DNA of 64,000 nucleotides, taken from Cellulomonas sp. GTDB taxonomy: Bacteria > Actinomycetota > Actinomycetes > Actinomycetales > Cellulomonadaceae. The notes under the pieces were generated by a model, which ran no database searches, was not told where the DNA came from, and saw nothing but the letters and a program-made list of their open reading frames with translations. The translations under genes were made by a program, and so were the position numbers. Of this stretch, positions 1 through 7,651 are shown piece after piece. Within the stretch, counting starts at the first letter, position 1. Each line of letters starts with the position of its first letter. The stretch covers positions 11,566 through 75,565 of the forward strand of contig DASWPG010000053.1 of assembly GCA_036404115.1 (NCBI GenBank), given 5' to 3'.

Positions 1-311
1 GCGAAGAACGGGTCGGACAGCACGCGCTCGTCGGGCTCGGGCACCACGAGGGCCACGGAGTCGGTGCGCCGGGTCACCAGGGACCGGGCGGCGCGGTTGG
101 GCGTGTATCCGAGGTCGGCGACGGCGGCGGCGACGGACTCCATCGCCTCGGGGGAGACCCGCAGGCCGCCGTTGATCGCGCGGGAGGCGGTGGACCGGGA
201 CACCCCGGCGCGCTCGGCGACCTGCTCGAGCGTCGGCGCGACGAACGTGCCGTGCGCGCGGAGGGCTGCGCCGCCGGACGGCGCCGGGCGGGTCGTTGTG
301 CGGTCGACCAC
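1..311 (-). CDS. LacI-family transcriptional regulator (CebR/CelR-like), N-terminal part; runs off the window
   Basis: Not in the ORF track. Minus-strand translation gives TLEQVAERAGVSRSTASRAINGG...LGYTPNRAARSLVTRRTDSVALVVPEPDERVLSDPFF (LacI HTH plus hinge). GTG at 311 follows an AAGGGGG RBS. Confidence 0.9.
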   Translation of the reverse strand, partial: MVDRTTTRPAPSGGAALRAHGTFVAPTLEQVAERAGVSRSTASRAINGGLRVSPEAMESVAAAVADLGYTPNRAARSLVTRRTDSVALVVPEPDERVLSDPFF

Positions 312-426
312 GAGGATCGCCCCCTTGCCTGGGATGCGGATGGTGCACGGGCACGAGGCCCGGCGGCGGGCGCGGACGCCCGACGCGGGGGACCGCGTAC
401 CGGTCCCCCGCGCGGAAGCGTAGCGG

Positions 427-1347
427 TCAGCCCTTGACGGCCCCCGCCATGATGCCGGCGACGAGCTGGCGGCCGGCGATCAGGAACAGCAGCAGCAGCG
501 GGACCACCGAGAGCACGACACCGGCCATGATCAGCGGCATGTCCTGGAAGAACCCGGCCTGCAGCAGCTTGAGCGCCACGGGCAGGGTGGGGTTCTGCGA
601 GCCCAGCACGATGGACGGCCAGAAGAAGTTCGTCCACGACCCGATGAAGGTGAACAGCGCGAGCATGGCGGCCGCGGGCCGGGCGGCGGGCAGCGCCACC
701 GACCAGAAGGTGCGGAACATGCTGGCGCCGTCGACCCGGGCGGCCTCGATCAGCTCGTAGGGCAGGGCCGAGTCGAGGTACTGGGTCATCCAGAACACGC
801 CGAACGCGGTGACCATCGCGGGCAGGATCACCGCGAGCAGGTTGCCGGTCAGGTTGAGCTGGCGCATCACGATGTACAGCGGGACCACGCCGAGCTGGGT
901 CGGCACGGCCATGGTGGCGATGACGAAGACCAGCAGCGGGCCGCGGCCCTTGAAGCGCAGCTTGGAGAACGAGTACCCGGCCAGCGTGGAGAAGAACACC
1001 ACGGAGATGCTGGTGACCAGGGCGACGACCAGCGAGTTGCCGGTGGCCTGGAACAGGTTGATGTCGGCGTCGAACACCCGCTTGAGGTTGGCGATGAACT
1101 CGCCGTCCGGGATCAGCGAGGGGATCGGTGTCTGCGCGATCTTCGGCGACGTCGAGGACGCCAGCAGGAAGGTGAAGTACAGCGGGTAGGCGGAGATGAG
1201 CAGCACCACGCCGAGGACGACGTAGGTCACCCACCCGGGCCGGCGCTCGGAGCCGCCGGCGGTGCCGCCGCCTCGACGACGGGCGGCGGCGCGGGCGGCG
1301 CCCTTCCCGGCGGTCTGCTCGATGACGGGGATGGACGGGGTGCTCAT
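427..1347 (-). CDS. Carbohydrate ABC transporter permease (CebG/MalG-type)
   Basis: Multiple TM helices; EAA loop ELIEAARVDGAS; C-terminal LVAGIMAGAVKG. Confidence 0.92.
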   Translation of the reverse strand: MSTPSIPVIEQTAGKGAARAAARRRGGGTAGGSERRPGWVTYVVLGVVLLISAYPLYFTFLLASSTSPKIAQTPIPSLIPDGEFIANLKRVFDADINLFQATGNSLVVALVTSISVVFFSTLAGYSFSKLRFKGRGPLLVFVIATMAVPTQLGVVPLYIVMRQLNLTGNLLAVILPAMVTAFGVFWMTQYLDSALPYELIEAARVDGASMFRTFWSVALPAARPAAAMLALFTFIGSWTNFFWPSIVLGSQNPTLPVALKLLQAGFFQDMPLIMAGVVLSVVPLLLLFLIAGRQLVAGIMAGAVKG

Positions 1348-1399
1348 CTCGGGGTCCCCTCGGTGGCGTGAGCGGAACGAACGGTTGCGTGCGGCGAGC

Positions 1400-2497
1400 T
1401 CATCGCGGGTTCACCTCGGTGGGAGCGGCGGCGGTGACGGACGCGGTGGACTGCGCCTTGATGGAGCGGCTGAGCTCCTTGGCCTTCTGGCGCGACACCT
1501 TGCGGGCGGCCTTGGCCTTGCGGCTGGTGTCGTCACCGGAGGCGATCTTCCGGGTCAGCCAGTTGTTCAGCAGGGCGAAGATGATGATGATCAGGAACAG
1601 CAGCCAGGCGACCGCGGCCGCACGTCCGAGCTGCTGCTTGTTCCAGCCCAGCTCGTACAGGTACAGCGTCACGGTCTTCCACTGGCCGGAGGACCCGCCG
1701 AGGCCGGTCGCGTCGAACATGCGCGGCTCGTCGAAGATCTGCAGGCCGCCGATGGTCGAGGTCAGGATGACGAAGATCATCGTCGGGCGGACCATCGGGA
1801 TCGTGATGGAGAAGAACTGACGGAGCCGGTTCGCGCCGTCGATCGTGGCGGCCTCGTACAGGTCGCGGGGGATGGCCTGCATGGCGGCCAGCAGGATGAG
1901 AGCGTTGTAGCCGGTCCAGCGGAAGTTCACCATCGAGGAGATCGCGATGTGCGAGGCGAAGGTGTCCTTGTGCCAGCCGATCGGGTCGATCCCGATGTAG
2001 CCGATCAGCGAGTTGATCAGGCCGGAGCCGTCCGCGAACATCTTGGAGAACACCAGGCCGACGGCCACCGGCGCCACGACGTAGGGCAGCAGGACGCCCA
2101 TCCGCCAGAACGTCTTGGCGCGCAGGTTGGCGTCCAGCATCGCGGCGATGACCAGGGCGGCGATCACCTGCGGCACGGTCGACAGCAGGAAGATGCTGAA
2201 GGTGTTGCGCAGCGACAGCCAGAAGAACTTCTGCCCCAGGACGAACGTGAAGTTGTCCAGCCCGACGAAGTCGCCCTGGCCGCCGATCAGGCTCCACTCG
2301 TGCAGGGAGACCCACGCGGTGTAGATCAGCGGGAACAGGCCCACGATGGCGAACAGGATGAAGAACGGCGAGATGTACAGGTAGGGCGACAGCTTGACGT
2401 CCCACCGGCCCATCGTCTGGCGGAAGCCGAGCTTGCGGGGCGGGCGGTCGTCGCCGAGCGGTGCCGCGCCCTTCAGGGGCGCCGTCTGGGTGGCCAT
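1400..2497 (-). CDS. Carbohydrate ABC transporter permease (CebF/MalF-type)
   Basis: PYLYISPFFILF, FVGLDNF, EAA loop DLYEAATIDGAN, IGGLQIFDEP. Confidence 0.92.
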   Translation of the reverse strand: MATQTAPLKGAAPLGDDRPPRKLGFRQTMGRWDVKLSPYLYISPFFILFAIVGLFPLIYTAWVSLHEWSLIGGQGDFVGLDNFTFVLGQKFFWLSLRNTFSIFLLSTVPQVIAALVIAAMLDANLRAKTFWRMGVLLPYVVAPVAVGLVFSKMFADGSGLINSLIGYIGIDPIGWHKDTFASHIAISSMVNFRWTGYNALILLAAMQAIPRDLYEAATIDGANRLRQFFSITIPMVRPTMIFVILTSTIGGLQIFDEPRMFDATGLGGSSGQWKTVTLYLYELGWNKQQLGRAAAVAWLLFLIIIIFALLNNWLTRKIASGDDTSRKAKAARKVSRQKAKELSRSIKAQSTASVTAAAPTEVNPR

Positions 2498-2593
2498 GGT
2501 GATCCTTCGGTGCGGACGTCGGGCAGGGACGCGGGATGCGCGGGCGCGGCGCTGTGCAGGGGTGCGGGGGTGTGCGCCTCGAGCGCGGGACAG

Positions 2594-2632
2594 CGGGCCG
2601 GGCCGCCGGGAAGATCCCGACGGCCCGACCCG
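2594..2632 (-). terminator. Intercistronic stem-loop downstream of the solute-binding protein gene
   Basis: Minus-strand RNA CGGGUCGGGCCGUCGGGA-UCU-UCCCGGCGGCCCGGCCCG forms an 18-bp stem whose two G-U pairs work only on the coding strand. Confidence 0.65.
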
Positions 2633-2638
2633 TGCGTG

Positions 2639-3931
2639 TCAGCCGATGGCTGCGACAGCGTCCTCAAATCCGGACCACGACTCGTCGGCGCTCTGCGACT
2701 GGTCGACGTCCACGCGGTTGATCGCGTCGGACAGGCCGTTACGGATGGTGAAGTAGTTCGGGCCCTTGAACGGGATGACGCTGATCGCGGCAGAACGATC
2801 CGTGAAGATCTGACCGGTGGGGGCGTCGTTGAAGAACGCGTTCGTCACCGTCTGCAGCGTGTCGGACTCCTGGGCCTCGATCTGGCTCGGGAAGTTCGAG
2901 GTCTTCTCGAAGGCCTTGAGCTGCTGCTCCGGGGCGGTCAGCCAGTCGGCGAGAGCCTTGGCCTCCTCGGGGTGCTCGCTCATCGTCGGGACGGTCAGGA
3001 ACGAGCCGCCCCAGTTGCCGCCGCCGCCGGGGAAGACGTTGGCGATGTCCCAGCCCTCGACGCCGGCCGAGTTGCCCTCGATGTTCGCGAGCATCCAGGA
3101 CGGGGCCAGCATCACCGCGAAGCCGTTGGTCTGGAACGCGTTCGTCCAGTCCTCCTCCCACTGCTTGAGGTGGGCCGACTGGTCGTCGTGCGAGAGGATC
3201 GTGTCGTACATGTCGCGGATGTCGGGGTTGGTCGTCGCGATGATCGTGCCGTCCTCCTCCTCGAACGGCTGCTCCTGCTGGTTGATCATGCCCTGGGCGA
3301 TCGCGTCGGCGGAGTCGAAGAAGCCGGACCCGGTGTTCGCGGCCATGAACTGGTCGCCCACGGCGAAGAAGTCGTCCCAGGTCGCGTCGGCGCCACCGAA
3401 GAGCTCGGCGACGGCCTCACGGTCGGTCGGCAGACCGGCAGCGGCGAACAGGTCGGACCGGTAGGCGATGGCCTCGGGGCCGATGTCGGTCGGGTAGCCG
3501 AGCAGCTCGCCGCCGGGGGCGGTGGCCTGGTCGAGGGTCCAGTTGTTCCAGCGACCCTCCACGGAGTCGGAGGACAGGTCCACGAACTGGTCGGAGTACT
3601 GGATGATCTGCGGCATCCAGTCGACCTCGGCACCCACGACGTCGGCGAGGCCGGAGTTCGCGCCGAGAGCGGTCTGGAACTGCTCCTTCGCGTCGTCGGA
3701 CTTGCCGAACTTGTTGTGCTCGATCTTGATCTCGGGGTGCAGCTCCTGGTACTCCGCGATCAGCGGGTCGTAGCCCCACTCGTTGAAGGTGGAGATCGTC
3801 AGGGTGATCTGGCCACCGTCCTCGCTGGCGTCGTCGGACGAACCGCCGCCGCCCCCGCATGCCGTCGCGACCAGGGCGATGCCCGTCGCTCCGGCCACAG
3901 CCATCCACGTCTTGCGCGTGCTCCTCGGCAC
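2639..3931 (-). CDS. Sugar ABC transporter solute-binding lipoprotein (CebE-like)
   Basis: GTG at 3931 after a GAGGGAG RBS; lipobox LVATAC; motifs GYPTDIGPEAIAYRSDLF and PGGGGNWGGSFLTVP, typical of CebE-type proteins. Confidence 0.88.
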   Translation of the reverse strand: MPRSTRKTWMAVAGATGIALVATACGGGGGSSDDASEDGGQITLTISTFNEWGYDPLIAEYQELHPEIKIEHNKFGKSDDAKEQFQTALGANSGLADVVGAEVDWMPQIIQYSDQFVDLSSDSVEGRWNNWTLDQATAPGGELLGYPTDIGPEAIAYRSDLFAAAGLPTDREAVAELFGGADATWDDFFAVGDQFMAANTGSGFFDSADAIAQGMINQQEQPFEEEDGTIIATTNPDIRDMYDTILSHDDQSAHLKQWEEDWTNAFQTNGFAVMLAPSWMLANIEGNSAGVEGWDIANVFPGGGGNWGGSFLTVPTMSEHPEEAKALADWLTAPEQQLKAFEKTSNFPSQIEAQESDTLQTVTNAFFNDAPTGQIFTDRSAAISVIPFKGPNYFTIRNGLSDAINRVDVDQSQSADESWSGFEDAVAAIG

Positions 3932-4003
3932 AGTGACTCCCTCGTCAGTCGGACGGCGACGTCGCCGTTCTGGTGTGACGCCGGTGGGCGTCGTGAGGCT
4001 TCG

Positions 4004-4121
4004 TGAGAGCGTTCCCAAGAACCTGCGGGAGCGTTCCCATGCCAACGTTCCGCAGCCTCGTCCGAGGGGTGGGACGGTGTCAAGCGTGGTGGGGTGGCAA
4101 ACGGGTGTGGAAGCGGTCCCA
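4004..4121. promoter_or_regulatory. Three CebR/CelR-like LacI operators
   Basis: TGAGAGCGTTCCCA (4004-4017), CGGGAGCGTTCCCA (4026-4039) and TGGAAGCGGTCCCA (4108-4121), each 12/14 identical to the palindrome TGGGAGCGCTCCCA. Confidence 0.85.
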
Positions 4122-4177
4122 CACCAGCGTTCTCCCAGGTCAGGGCGCTACGGTCTCCGACCCGTGTTACCCAATCG

Positions 4178-4684
4178 TTACGCGTCGGGCGTGGTGGCGA
4201 CCCACTCGCGGGCCACGGCCTGCTCGGCCTCGAGGGCGCCGCGCACCGCCGTGGCCGCCGCCTCCTCCACCGCGGAGCCGAACAGCGGCACCGAGGCCTT
4301 GAGCTCGCCGTCGTAGACGATCCGGGTCACGGCGTCGTCACCGGTCAGCGCGACGGTCCCGGTCAGCCGCACCGGCGCGCCCGCGATCTCCACCACCACG
4401 GTGCCGCGCCGGGTGCCGTCCGCGGACGGGCCCTCCCACGCCTCGACCTGGCGCACCTCGAGGCGGGCACCCACGAAGGCCCGGATGTTCGCCGGGATCA
4501 GGTCGGTCGCCAGCGAGCGCCGGGTGGTCACCGTGAACGCGTCGTTCTCGCCCGGGGTCACGTCCAGCGCGAGCTCCTCGGCGCCGCTCGCCCGGACCTT
4601 CGCCCGCACGTAGACGGGGTCGGCCAGCATGGTGGCGGCGGTGCGGGGATCGGTGTCCACAGTGAGAGTGACCTGCAGGTGCAC
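4178..4684 (-). CDS. DUF2505-like (SRPBCC/START-fold) protein
   Basis: GTG after GAAGGA; MLADPVYVRAK...LKASVPLFGSAVEEAAA...EQAVAREW pattern. The longer 4178..6235 ORF is a shadow extension. Confidence 0.75.
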   Translation of the reverse strand: MHLQVTLTVDTDPRTAATMLADPVYVRAKVRASGAEELALDVTPGENDAFTVTTRRSLATDLIPANIRAFVGARLEVRQVEAWEGPSADGTRRGTVVVEIAGAPVRLTGTVALTGDDAVTRIVYDGELKASVPLFGSAVEEAAATAVRGALEAEQAVAREWVATTPDA

Positions 4685-4873
4685 GGCGGTGGGTCCTTCC
4701 AGGGTGCGGGGCAGACGTGCGCGGGGCTGATCCACGAGCGTATCCGCCGTCGGAGCCGCCGGCATGGACGCGGGCGACGCAGCCGCGTGCGGGGCGCGTG
4801 CTCGCCGGGTGGATGCGCACCGGGGGATGGACGTCCGCGGGGCGCGACGCCGTGGACCGCCTACCCTGGACGG

Positions 4874-6358
4874 GTGCCCACCCTGAGCGACCTCGCCACG
4901 CGCCACGCGCACCTCGACGCGGCCGACCTGGAGTGGCTGCACCTGCTCGTCGGCGACTGGCAGGTCATCTCCGACCTCGCCTTCGCGGACCTCGTGCTGT
5001 GGCTGCCGACCCAGGACGGCGACTTCGTGGCCATCGCGCAGTGCCGCCCGAGCACCGGCGCGACCGTGCACTACGACGACGTGGTGGGCTCTCGCGCACC
5101 GGACGGCCAGCGCCCCCAGCTCGAGCGGTCCCTGACCGAGGTGCGCGCCCAGCGCTCCCGCGAGCCCCGCTGGTTCGGCTCCTACGCCGTGCGCGAGGAG
5201 GCCGTGCCGGTGGTCCGCGAGGGTCGCGCCATCGCGGTGGTCGCCCGGCAGACCAACCTCGGCGGCGCCCGCACCCCCAGCCGGCTCGAGCTGAACTACG
5301 TCGAGGCCGCCGACGACATCATGGGCATGATCGCCCGCGGCGAGTTCCCGCTGCCGAACGCCGCCACCGGCCCCCGGCGCGGCGCGCCCCGCGTGGGCGA
5401 CGGCCTGGTCCGGCTGAACGCCGAGGGCGAGGTGCTGTACGCCAGCCCGAACGCCCTGAGCTGCTTCCACCGCCTCGGCGCGATGGACGACCTGGTCGGC
5501 CGCTCGCTGGTCGAGGTGGTCGCGGACCTGGTCGAGCAGAACTCCCCGGTCGACGAGTCCATGCCGCTGGTGCTGATGGGCCGGGCGCCGTGGCGCACGG
5601 ACATCGAGGCCCGCGGGGTGGCGCTGTCGCTGCGCGCCGTGCCGCTGACCGAGGACCACGAGCGGATCGGCGCCGTGCTGCTCTGCCGGGACGTCTCCGA
5701 GCTCCGCCGCCGGGAGCGCGAGCTCATCACCAAGGACGCCACGATCCGGGAGATCCACCACCGGGTGAAGAACAACCTGCAGACCGTGGCCGCCCTGCTG
5801 CGCCTGCAGGCCCGCCGGATGGACGTCCCCGAGGCCCGCGCCGCGCTGGAGGAGGCGATGCGCCGGGTCGCCACCATCGCGCTCGTGCACGAGACCCTGT
5901 CGCAGACCCTGGACGAGACCGTGCAGTTCGACGACGTGGTCGGACGCTCCCTGCGGCTCGCCGCGGACGTCGCCTCCGCCGGCGCCTCGGTGCGCACGGT
6001 CGTCCGCGGCACGTTCGGGCCGGTGTCCGCCGAGGACGCCACCGCGCTCGCCCTGGTGCTCACCGAGCTCGTCACCAACGCCGTCGAGCACGGCCTCGCC
6101 AGCCGGGGTTCCGGCACCGTCGAGGTCACCGCAGAGCGCGTCGAGGACGACCTGCGTGTCGTCGTCGCGGACGACGGCGTCGGCATCCCCGAGGGCGCCG
6201 GGGCCGGGAGCGGGCTCGGCACCCAGATCGTGCACACCCTCGTGACCAACGAGCTGCGCGGGTCGATCGCCTGGTCCGCGCGCGAGGGCGGCGGCACCCA
6301 GGTCGTCCTCACCGCGACCCTGCGGGCCCCCGGGCGGGACCCCGCCACCGTCGCCTGA
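4874..6358 (+). CDS. pdtaS: Cytoplasmic sensor histidine kinase PdtaS (N-terminal GAF-like, PAS, HisKA_2, HATPase)
   Basis: WQVISDLAFADLVLW, PRVGDG, EIHHRVKNNLQ, ELVTNAVEHG, GLG motifs; convergent with whiB1 as in other actinobacteria. Confidence 0.88.
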   Translation: MPTLSDLATRHAHLDAADLEWLHLLVGDWQVISDLAFADLVLWLPTQDGDFVAIAQCRPSTGATVHYDDVVGSRAPDGQRPQLERSLTEVRAQRSREPRWFGSYAVREEAVPVVREGRAIAVVARQTNLGGARTPSRLELNYVEAADDIMGMIARGEFPLPNAATGPRRGAPRVGDGLVRLNAEGEVLYASPNALSCFHRLGAMDDLVGRSLVEVVADLVEQNSPVDESMPLVLMGRAPWRTDIEARGVALSLRAVPLTEDHERIGAVLLCRDVSELRRRERELITKDATIREIHHRVKNNLQTVAALLRLQARRMDVPEARAALEEAMRRVATIALVHETLSQTLDETVQFDDVVGRSLRLAADVASAGASVRTVVRGTFGPVSAEDATALALVLTELVTNAVEHGLASRGSGTVEVTAERVEDDLRVVVADDGVGIPEGAGAGSGLGTQIVHTLVTNELRGSIAWSAREGGGTQVVLTATLRAPGRDPATVA

Positions 6359-6454
6359 CTCCTGCGCGGCCGTGCGCCGTCGCCGCCTGCCCCGAGGTGG
6401 CGGGCCGGTCGGGCGGGGTGCTTGGGCCGGCGTCGGCGGGCGGGCGGACGCAGA

Positions 6455-6490
6455 ACGCCCGCCGGTCCCCGGTCGAGGGACGGCGGGCGT
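6455..6490. terminator. Hairpin between convergent pdtaS and whiB1
   Basis: ACGCCCGCCG(G)TCCC-loop-GGGACGGCGGGCGT: 14-bp stem with a one-base bulge. Confidence 0.65.
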
Positions 6491-6515
6491 CGGTGGTGCT
6501 GCGGCCGGGCCGGGG

Positions 6516-6764
6516 TCAGCCGGCGCGGCGCTGGCGGGCGGTGCGGCGCTTCAGGGCGCGGCGCTCGTCCTCGGAGAGGCCACCCCACACGCCGGCGTCC
6601 TGCCCGGACTCGAGCGCCCACTTCAGGCAGGTGTCGACCACGTCGCAGCGACGGCAGACGGCCTTGGCCTCCTCGATCTGCAGCAGGGCCGGGCCCGTGT
6701 TGCCGATCGGGAAGAAGAGCTCGGGGTCCTCGGTCAGACACGCTGCGCGGTGGCGCCAATCCAT
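6516..6764 (-). CDS. whiB1: WhiB-family Fe-S transcription regulator WhiB1/WblE
   Basis: MDWRHRAAC...DPELFFPIGNTGPA...CRRC...C...GVWGGLSEDERR; four Cys; GAGGAG RBS. Confidence 0.93.
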   Translation of the reverse strand: MDWRHRAACLTEDPELFFPIGNTGPALLQIEEAKAVCRRCDVVDTCLKWALESGQDAGVWGGLSEDERRALKRRTARQRRAG

Positions 6765-6883
6765 CGGGTTCTCCTCAGCACGAGCGTCGTCCCTGGGGGA
6801 AGGAACGGCGGGGCGCAGAAGCACACGTCGACGCACGAGGATTTCGTGGGGGGCGTGAGCGTCGGCGCTCGGGTAGGAACTGC

Positions 6884-6968
6884 TGAGAAAAGGTTCACAT
6901 GGCGGCGCACAGGGCACAAGGGGTTACGGGCAGGTTTCTACCCGGTAACCGCTGAGGCGTTGGTCACA
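6884..6968. promoter_or_regulatory. Two CRP-like sites upstream of whiB1
   Basis: TGAGA-aaaggt-TCACA (6884-6899) and TGAGG-cgttgg-TCACA (6953-6968) versus the consensus TGTGA-N6-TCACA. Confidence 0.6.
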
Positions 6969-7129
6969 TCTGTGTGGCTGCTGGACACCTTGGCTGCACG
7001 GTACCCCCAATGAGCGCCCGGGTGCCAACCGTCTCGTCCTGTGGGACCAATGTCCCTGGCCGGTACCGGCACGCCGCGCTGCGAGCGGGCCTCGCACCGC
7101 TGCGCGGGCAGGTCTCGTAGGGTCGGCCC

Positions 7130-7597
7130 GTGAGCAGCCCCGCCGTCCCGCCGCCTGCCGCGGTGACCCGTCCTCGTGCGCTGCTGGTCGTCGCGGTGCT
7201 GGTGCTGCTGGAAGCGGCTGTGCTCGTGGGGCTCGCGGTCGTGATGCTGCTGGCGCTGCTCCGAGGTGCCACGATGCCCGGCCCGGTGGTGTTCCTGGTG
7301 CTGCTCGCGGTGGGCGGTGCGCTGCTGCTGGCGGCCGCGGTGCGCGGTCTGTGGCGAGGCCGTCGGTGGGCGCGCTCGCCGGTGCTCACCTGCCAGGTGC
7401 TGCTGCTCGTGCTGTCGGCCGGCTGGGTCGGGGTGGAGGCGGCCTGGTGGTCGGTCGCCCTCCTCGCGGTCGCCGTGCTGGTCGCAGCGGGCCTGCTGCT
7501 GCCGGCGGTGGTCGCCTGGACGACCGCCGCGGCTGCATCCGCCGAACATCCGGAGGACACCGCGCCTCCCGGTCCCGGCGCCACCGGCCACCGCTGA
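7130..7597 (+). CDS. Small integral membrane protein (about 4 TM)
   Basis: Hydrophobic helices; GLWRGRRWARSP motif; TAGGGT 6 nt before the GTG. Confidence 0.75.
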   Translation: MSSPAVPPPAAVTRPRALLVVAVLVLLEAAVLVGLAVVMLLALLRGATMPGPVVFLVLLAVGGALLLAAAVRGLWRGRRWARSPVLTCQVLLLVLSAGWVGVEAAWWSVALLAVAVLVAAGLLLPAVVAWTTAAAASAEHPEDTAPPGPGATGHR

Positions 7598-7651
7598 GCG
7601 GCGGGCGGCTCGACAGGGCCGAGCCGCCCGCCGCTCGGGCGGCCGCGGGCC

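Noticed and set aside
1262-4006. 914-aa plus-strand ORF and similar long ORFs (7760-10396 +, 28262-30511 +, 45703-48813 -, 56238-58667 +)
   Set aside because: They lie antisense or out of frame to well-supported genes. Stop codons are scarce in high-GC DNA, and the products carry no family motifs.
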